In this document: positions 59,513 to 64,000 of the stretch, in pieces
Numbering within the stretch: the stretch's first letter is position 1
How the letters are laid out: each line of letters opens with the position of its first letter
Source of the DNA: a virus
IMG/VR virus record: IMGVR_UViG_3300036893_000033
Span: 30,888 to 94,887 of that record
Reading direction: 5' to 3' (one strand)
DNA: 64,000 bases
Translations under genes and position numbers: made by a program
The notes under the pieces: generated by a model
Seen by the model: only the letters and a program-made list of their open reading frames with translations
Told to the model about the DNA's origin: nothing
Databases searched by the model: none

Positions 59513-59773
59513 ATGCCATCTGTAGCCACATCCACTGCATCCATTAAGCAACTCACAAAGCTGCTTGAACTGGCATCGAGACCGGGAACCACACATGAGG
59601 GCGTTAATGCAGCGCAGAAGGCGCTGCGCATAGTAAGAGACGGTAATGTGTCGTCCGATGTGCGTGAGTGCAACAGATGCGATCACAAGTGGATAAAGAG
59701 GATATCGCGCGAACCCATGCGGTGCCCTCGTTGCGGCAGCCCCTATTGGAACAAGGAGCGGGTGCGGTCATGA
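59513..59773 (+). CDS. Zinc-ribbon protein
   Basis: CNRCDHKW...P.RCPRCGSPYWN; promoter TTGACT(59442)-N17-CATAAT. Confidence 0.7.
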   Translation: MPSVATSTASIKQLTKLLELASRPGTTHEGVNAAQKALRIVRDGNVSSDVRECNRCDHKWIKRISREPMRCPRCGSPYWNKERVRS

Positions 59774-60006
59774 AGCACTTCAAAACCCCCGGCCAGCGCA
59801 TCGCCGAGGCTCGCCGCGCGGTGCCGCTTACGCTCCGCAAGGCAGAGGGCGTCACCGGTATCTCAAACGCCTACATTTGCCAGATCGAGACCGGGAAAAT
59901 AAAAAGGCCCGCCGCCCACTTGCTATTATTACTAAGCATTGCCTATAATGTTCCTGTGAAGGAAATGCTCGTTTGGTTTTATCCTGAGTTGCGGGGTGCG
60001 TTGTGA
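59770..60006 (+). CDS. XRE-family HTH regulator
   Basis: LTLRKAEGVTGISNAYICQIETGK..RP. Confidence 0.85.
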   Translation: MKHFKTPGQRIAEARRAVPLTLRKAEGVTGISNAYICQIETGKIKRPAAHLLLLLSIAYNVPVKEMLVWFYPELRGAL

Positions 60007-60043
60007 GCCTGAAGGGCAAATCCCCATCCAAGCTGGCACTGGC

Positions 60044-61642
60044 ATGATCACCCTCCGCCCCTACCAGGAACAGATTCTCGATGAAACCCGCGCTCTGTTG
60101 CGCGTTCATCGCTCCGTTCTCATTTGCGCGCCTCCAGGCTCTGGCAAGGGGTCTCTGATTGCCTACATGGTTCATCGCGCCGTGTCGAAAGGCAAGCGCG
60201 TGATCTTTATGGTAAGAGGGCGTGAACTGGTCCGAGATATGAGCGAGCGAGTAACTAAACTCGGCGTTGAGCATGGCGTACTTATGGGCGGCAGAAAGCG
60301 CGAACGCTGGCATCCCGTCCAGGTAGCCAGCATCAACACCGTTCAGCGAATGAATCCGCGCCCATTAGCGGATCTGATCATCCTCGACGAAGCGAGGCAG
60401 TTCAGCAACCCAACCGGGCGTGAAGTGCTGGCGAGTTACCCGGCAACAAGTAAAATCATCGGGGCGGACGGCACCCCCGCTCTCATTAACGGCCAAGGCC
60501 TGGGCGTGTCGTGCGGTGGTATATTCGAGTCCATCGTTATGGGGCCGAACGAGCAGGAGTTGATCGATCTCGGGTTTCTGGTTCCGTCCGTTCCGATTGG
60601 CGCGGAGTCTCTGCCCGACGTGAGCGGCGTCGGGATCGTTGGTGGAGACTTCAACAACAAGAAACTAGCTGAGGCGTGCGACAAGGTAAAGCTCGTAGGC
60701 GACTCAGTAGAGAACTGGCACCGACACGCAAATGGACTAAAGACTGTTGCCTTCGGGGTTGACCAGGCACACGCTAGGCATATCACCGAAGAGTTCCGCA
60801 GGAACGGCGTCGAGTGGGAGTACGTGGACGCCTCGACGCCAGACGATGAGCGCGTGAAGATATGGGATCGTCTTGACAATGGAACGCTGATGGGTTTTTC
60901 AAATGTTGCCATCGCAGGTGTCGGCTTTGATCATCCCCGCATAGCCTGCGTGCTGTGCAATCGTCCAACGACTTCGCTGCCCCTGTGGCGTCAGATGATC
61001 GCGAGGGCTGGTCGTCCGTACCCAGGCAAGAAACAATGGATACTACTGGACCATGCGGGCAACCTTGTGCGTCCGCAGTTATGGCCATACTCGTTCTTCG
61101 AGACCCCACCAATCTGGACGCTGGATGGCCCCGCTAAACCGCCGAAGGACAGCGAAGGTAAGGCGCGCGCCGTGTCGATGTGCAAGCGGCCAGTGCCGAT
61201 GCCCGACAGCGGCACGCCTGAGTCATTCAAGGGTCCGGTGTCGAAGTGTGGCCGCTATCTTTTGCCCTGTTTTTCGTACTTCCCCGCTGGCGCGGATGTG
61301 TGTCCTTTCTGTGGACTGCCGCTACTTCGCGTTGGTCGAGAGATCGAGGTCGAGGCCGGTCAGCTTCAGGATTTATCCGCTCTCCGCGAGAAAGCCAAGC
61401 TGGAGGTTAAGGCCAAATCCCCCGGCCAGCAAGCCTACGAAAGAAAGCTCGAAGAACAGTATCTGGAGATTTACAGGAAAGCAAAGACCACCATGACCAG
61501 CAAGGGAGTGCCGCACAAAGACGGTTACGCAGCGCTGCAATTCCATGCGACCACAAATCGCTGGCCTCGCAAGGAATGGAAAGAGCGCGCGATTATGCTT
61601 TACGGCGGCGGGTCCGCGCGGTCGGAGTTAATGGCATCATGA
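60044..61642 (+). CDS. SF2 DEAD/DEAH-like DNA helicase
   Basis: LRPYQ, APPGSGKG, ILDEA, GFD.P, RPT.S..LW.QM..RAGRP. Confidence 0.9.
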   Translation: MITLRPYQEQILDETRALLRVHRSVLICAPPGSGKGSLIAYMVHRAVSKGKRVIFMVRGRELVRDMSERVTKLGVEHGVLMGGRKRERWHPVQVASINTVQRMNPRPLADLIILDEARQFSNPTGREVLASYPATSKIIGADGTPALINGQGLGVSCGGIFESIVMGPNEQELIDLGFLVPSVPIGAESLPDVSGVGIVGGDFNNKKLAEACDKVKLVGDSVENWHRHANGLKTVAFGVDQAHARHITEEFRRNGVEWEYVDASTPDDERVKIWDRLDNGTLMGFSNVAIAGVGFDHPRIACVLCNRPTTSLPLWRQMIARAGRPYPGKKQWILLDHAGNLVRPQLWPYSFFETPPIWTLDGPAKPPKDSEGKARAVSMCKRPVPMPDSGTPESFKGPVSKCGRYLLPCFSYFPAGADVCPFCGLPLLRVGREIEVEAGQLQDLSALREKAKLEVKAKSPGQQAYERKLEEQYLEIYRKAKTTMTSKGVPHKDGYAALQFHATTNRWPRKEWKERAIMLYGGGSARSELMAS

Positions 61643-61900
61643 CCTTCTGCAATCACGCCATCCCCGACACGGTCAAGGCACCGGACTTCAAAGGCGCAAT
61701 CGCCTGCGGCATGATGCTGCCGTGCTACGCGGCACTGCCGAATAAATTTAAGTCTTGTCCGTGCTGCGGGATTCCGATGATGACGAAGAAACAGAGAGAG
61801 TCGGCGTATCGAAGAGACCCCATTACGCGCGCCCGCGCACGTCACGCGATCCGATGACCACAATGGCAAATAACGGCGGTTTCTACATCCCCTGCCACAA

Positions 61901-62200
61901 ATGACCATCCCCCACCACATAACCCAAAACAGCCCGGACGATCACGCCTTCATCGTCATTGAGTGCCCCGGCAGGCCAGCGATCTCGATAGACGTCATGA
62001 ACCATGCCGGTCGTCGTGGCGTTGGCATCCGCGTGGATGGCATGGGAATCTTCCACGCGCTGGTGGATCTGAAGGAACTGAAGCCGAAGGGCGAGGCGTT
62101 GTTCCGGTTCTGCGGGATGTGCGGGGAGAAGATTCAGTTACATTCTTCGCGAACGCATAAGTGCGGGCCGGATGAAGGAATTAAAGAGAGGGATATATGA
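61901..62200 (+). CDS. Hypothetical protein
   Basis: ORF between the 26-bp direct repeats. Confidence 0.5.
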   Translation: MTIPHHITQNSPDDHAFIVIECPGRPAISIDVMNHAGRRGVGIRVDGMGIFHALVDLKELKPKGEALFRFCGMCGEKIQLHSSRTHKCGPDEGIKERDI

Positions 62201-62356
62201 CCGTAAAGGTAACCGTTGAACTGAGGGGCGGATATGAAGAGGAAATCGAGGTTTCTGATCTGTCCGAACGATCCCTACATGGGGCATATGCTCAGGCGAG
62301 GAGAAATGCCCCACTCGACACGTATCACACGGTAGTGAGCGATACCGAGGATACCG

Positions 62357-62521
62357 ATGCCTAACGGCGGTTTCTATATCCCCTGCCCCTGCGGCCAGAC
62401 GGTAGTCAGCCCGGAGCGCGTGGCGACGTGTCCACACTGCGGGCGCGTGCTGGATGTGACGGCGTGGGGAGCGGAGCCGGTTTTGATGATACCGGACGCC
62501 TCCGCCGAAAGGACAAAATGA
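62357..62521 (+). CDS. Small zinc-ribbon protein (not in the ORF track)
   Basis: MPNGGFYIPCPCGQ...CPHCGRVL. Confidence 0.55.
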   Translation: MPNGGFYIPCPCGQTVVSPERVATCPHCGRVLDVTAWGAEPVLMIPDASAERTK

Positions 62522-63399
62522 ATCCTACGCCGAAGGTTATGCGTGCCCCGTTGCCGCCCGGTTTCATGCGCGGCGGATGGTCGGCCAAGTCGATACCCAA
62601 TTCTGTGGACTCATTCGCGTGGCCCGCGACGAAGTTCAAATGTCCCGGCTACACGGCGCGCGGCGTGGCGCATAATTGCGGCGTCGTGTTCGAGTCTTAT
62701 ACTGGCGCGGCGCAGCGGTGCCAGACGTGTCGTTCAGCGCATAAGCGCGAGTGGTTCCGTCTACGCAGTCAGCAAAGGAGGCAGAATGCTAAGCAGTAAT
62801 GGTGCATCATCGGCGACGGGTGCATGTTCGGCGGCTGTAGCCACCGGACTCGACAGCAGGGTTCGCGGAGACCCATTCGGAATCATCGCAGCATCTTTCT
62901 GGAACGCCAATAAAGAACGCGCTGAGATGCGGTGTGCTCAGATCGGCGATGGCAAAGATAAGAACCTGAAGCCGAACGTCTGGTATCGATACGCTGACCG
63001 ACTGTCCGATCCTGAAACCAAAAAGCGCATCGACAATGCGCTAAAGCGCTGGAGTCAGTCGCGCGGGCAAGAAGAACGACATGCTTGAGGACCTGAGGAA
63101 AGCCGAATTTTATCTGTCGCGGCGCATAGGTACGCTTGAGGTGCCGAAGGCATGACAGGAACGGCATTAGCGCACCACCACACCACCGTAGACGCCCACG
63201 CTCTGGGTGTACTGGCCGATGCCGCTCCAATTGGTATCTTCGACGACTGGCACCGCTGGGAGGTGGAATCCCTGACGGCTGAGATTATGATCGAGCGGGC
63301 GCGGCGGCGGCGTGGGGATGAGGCGAGGCAGCGGTGGGTATTAGTCGCGGCGCTTGGTTGGGGGATGTTTTTAATTGCGGCGGTGACGAGGTGAGGTGT

Positions 63400-64000
63400 A
63401 TGGAAGCAGAGACAGATAAAACTTACGCGCTAATCATGCGCACCTGCAACGCGGACATGCAATCGCATGGCGGATTCCAGTGGCCGGAATCTGGCTATGT
63501 GTCCGCCCCGGACTGGTCGCCTGAGCCTGAATGTGGATATGGCCTGCACGGACTTCTGTGGGGCGAGGGAGACGGAGGCTTGCTGGATTGGTCCGAAGAT
63601 GCGAAGTGGCTTGTATGTCGCGTGGACGTGGCTACTGTAGTTGCCATCGGGCGCAAGGTTAAGTTTCCCGCCTGCGAAGTACTGTTTGTTGGAGACAGCA
63701 AGACTGCGCCGGAATTCCTTCGCATAAACGGTGGAGAAGGTCACTGTATCGTCAGCGGCACAGCCACGGCGGGCTACAGCGGCACAGCCACGGCGGGCGA
63801 CAGCGGCACAGCCACGGCGGGCGACAGCGGCACAGCCACGGCGGGCGTCAGCGGCACAGCCACGGCGGGCGACGGCGGCACAGCCACGGCGGGCGACAGC
63901 GGCACAGCCACGGCGGGCGTCAGCGGCACAGCCACGGCGGGCGTCAGCGGCACAGCCACGGCGGGCGACAGCGGCACAGCCACGGCGGGCGTCAGCGGCA
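63400..64000 (+). CDS. DUF7666-like protein with xSGTATAG octapeptide repeats, 3'-truncated
   Basis: GAGGT RBS; MQSHGGFQWP..APDW..ECGYGLHG..KVKF, then the repeats. Confidence 0.75.
   Translation, partial: MEAETDKTYALIMRTCNADMQSHGGFQWPESGYVSAPDWSPEPECGYGLHGLLWGEGDGGLLDWSEDAKWLVCRVDVATVVAIGRKVKFPACEVLFVGDSKTAPEFLRINGGEGHCIVSGTATAGYSGTATAGDSGTATAGDSGTATAGVSGTATAGDGGTATAGDSGTATAGVSGTATAGVSGTATAGDSGTATAGVSG
63751..64000 (+). repeat. 24-bp coding tandem repeat, about 10 copies
   Basis: NNCAGCGGCACAGCCACGGCGGGC; variation almost entirely in the first codon (GTC/TAC/GAC). Confidence 0.95.

Noticed and set aside
63751-64000. True ice-nucleation protein
   Set aside because: The repeat is xSGTATAG behind a phage DUF7666-like N-terminus, not the InaZ AGYGSTxT architecture.
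1-64000. tRNA or rRNA genes
   Set aside because: No cloverleaf or T-loop signature noticed by eye; a tRNAscan run would be needed to exclude them fully.

Overview
The whole window is a contiguous part of a tailed dsDNA phage or prophage genome with siphovirus-type organisation. Order: terminase large subunit (window opens inside an intein) > small accessory genes > portal fused to a 2H phosphoesterase and a MuF domain > reverse-strand cassette with an HslV-like protease > prohead protease/scaffold > major capsid > decoration > neck and tail tube > tail chaperones with a -1 frameshift > tape measure > GTA-like tail tip (distal tail, hub, NlpC/P60, tip), interleaved with many accessory genes including a GT2-TPR glycosyltransferase and an acyl carrier protein > three large fibre/spike-like proteins > lysis region > a 2.9-kb IS1-family element with cargo genes > recombination/replication genes (DEDDh exonuclease, YqaJ, SMC-like ATPase, SF2 helicase) > an octapeptide-repeat gene running off the end. 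No integrase, tRNA or CRISPR array was seen. The host may be an acidobacterium (weak inference from Ala-Gln signal-peptide junctions and leaderless genes). Most notable: (1) fibre/spike-like and neck-region proteins carry Sec-type signal peptides, which suggests virion parts exported to the envelope; (2) a CTGCGG repeat array holds a 37-bp inverted copy of the decoration gene 3' end that differs only at synonymous sites; (3) the portal-2H-MuF polyprotein is a candidate packaged anti-defence enzyme. Family assignments come from motif recognition by eye; no database search was run.
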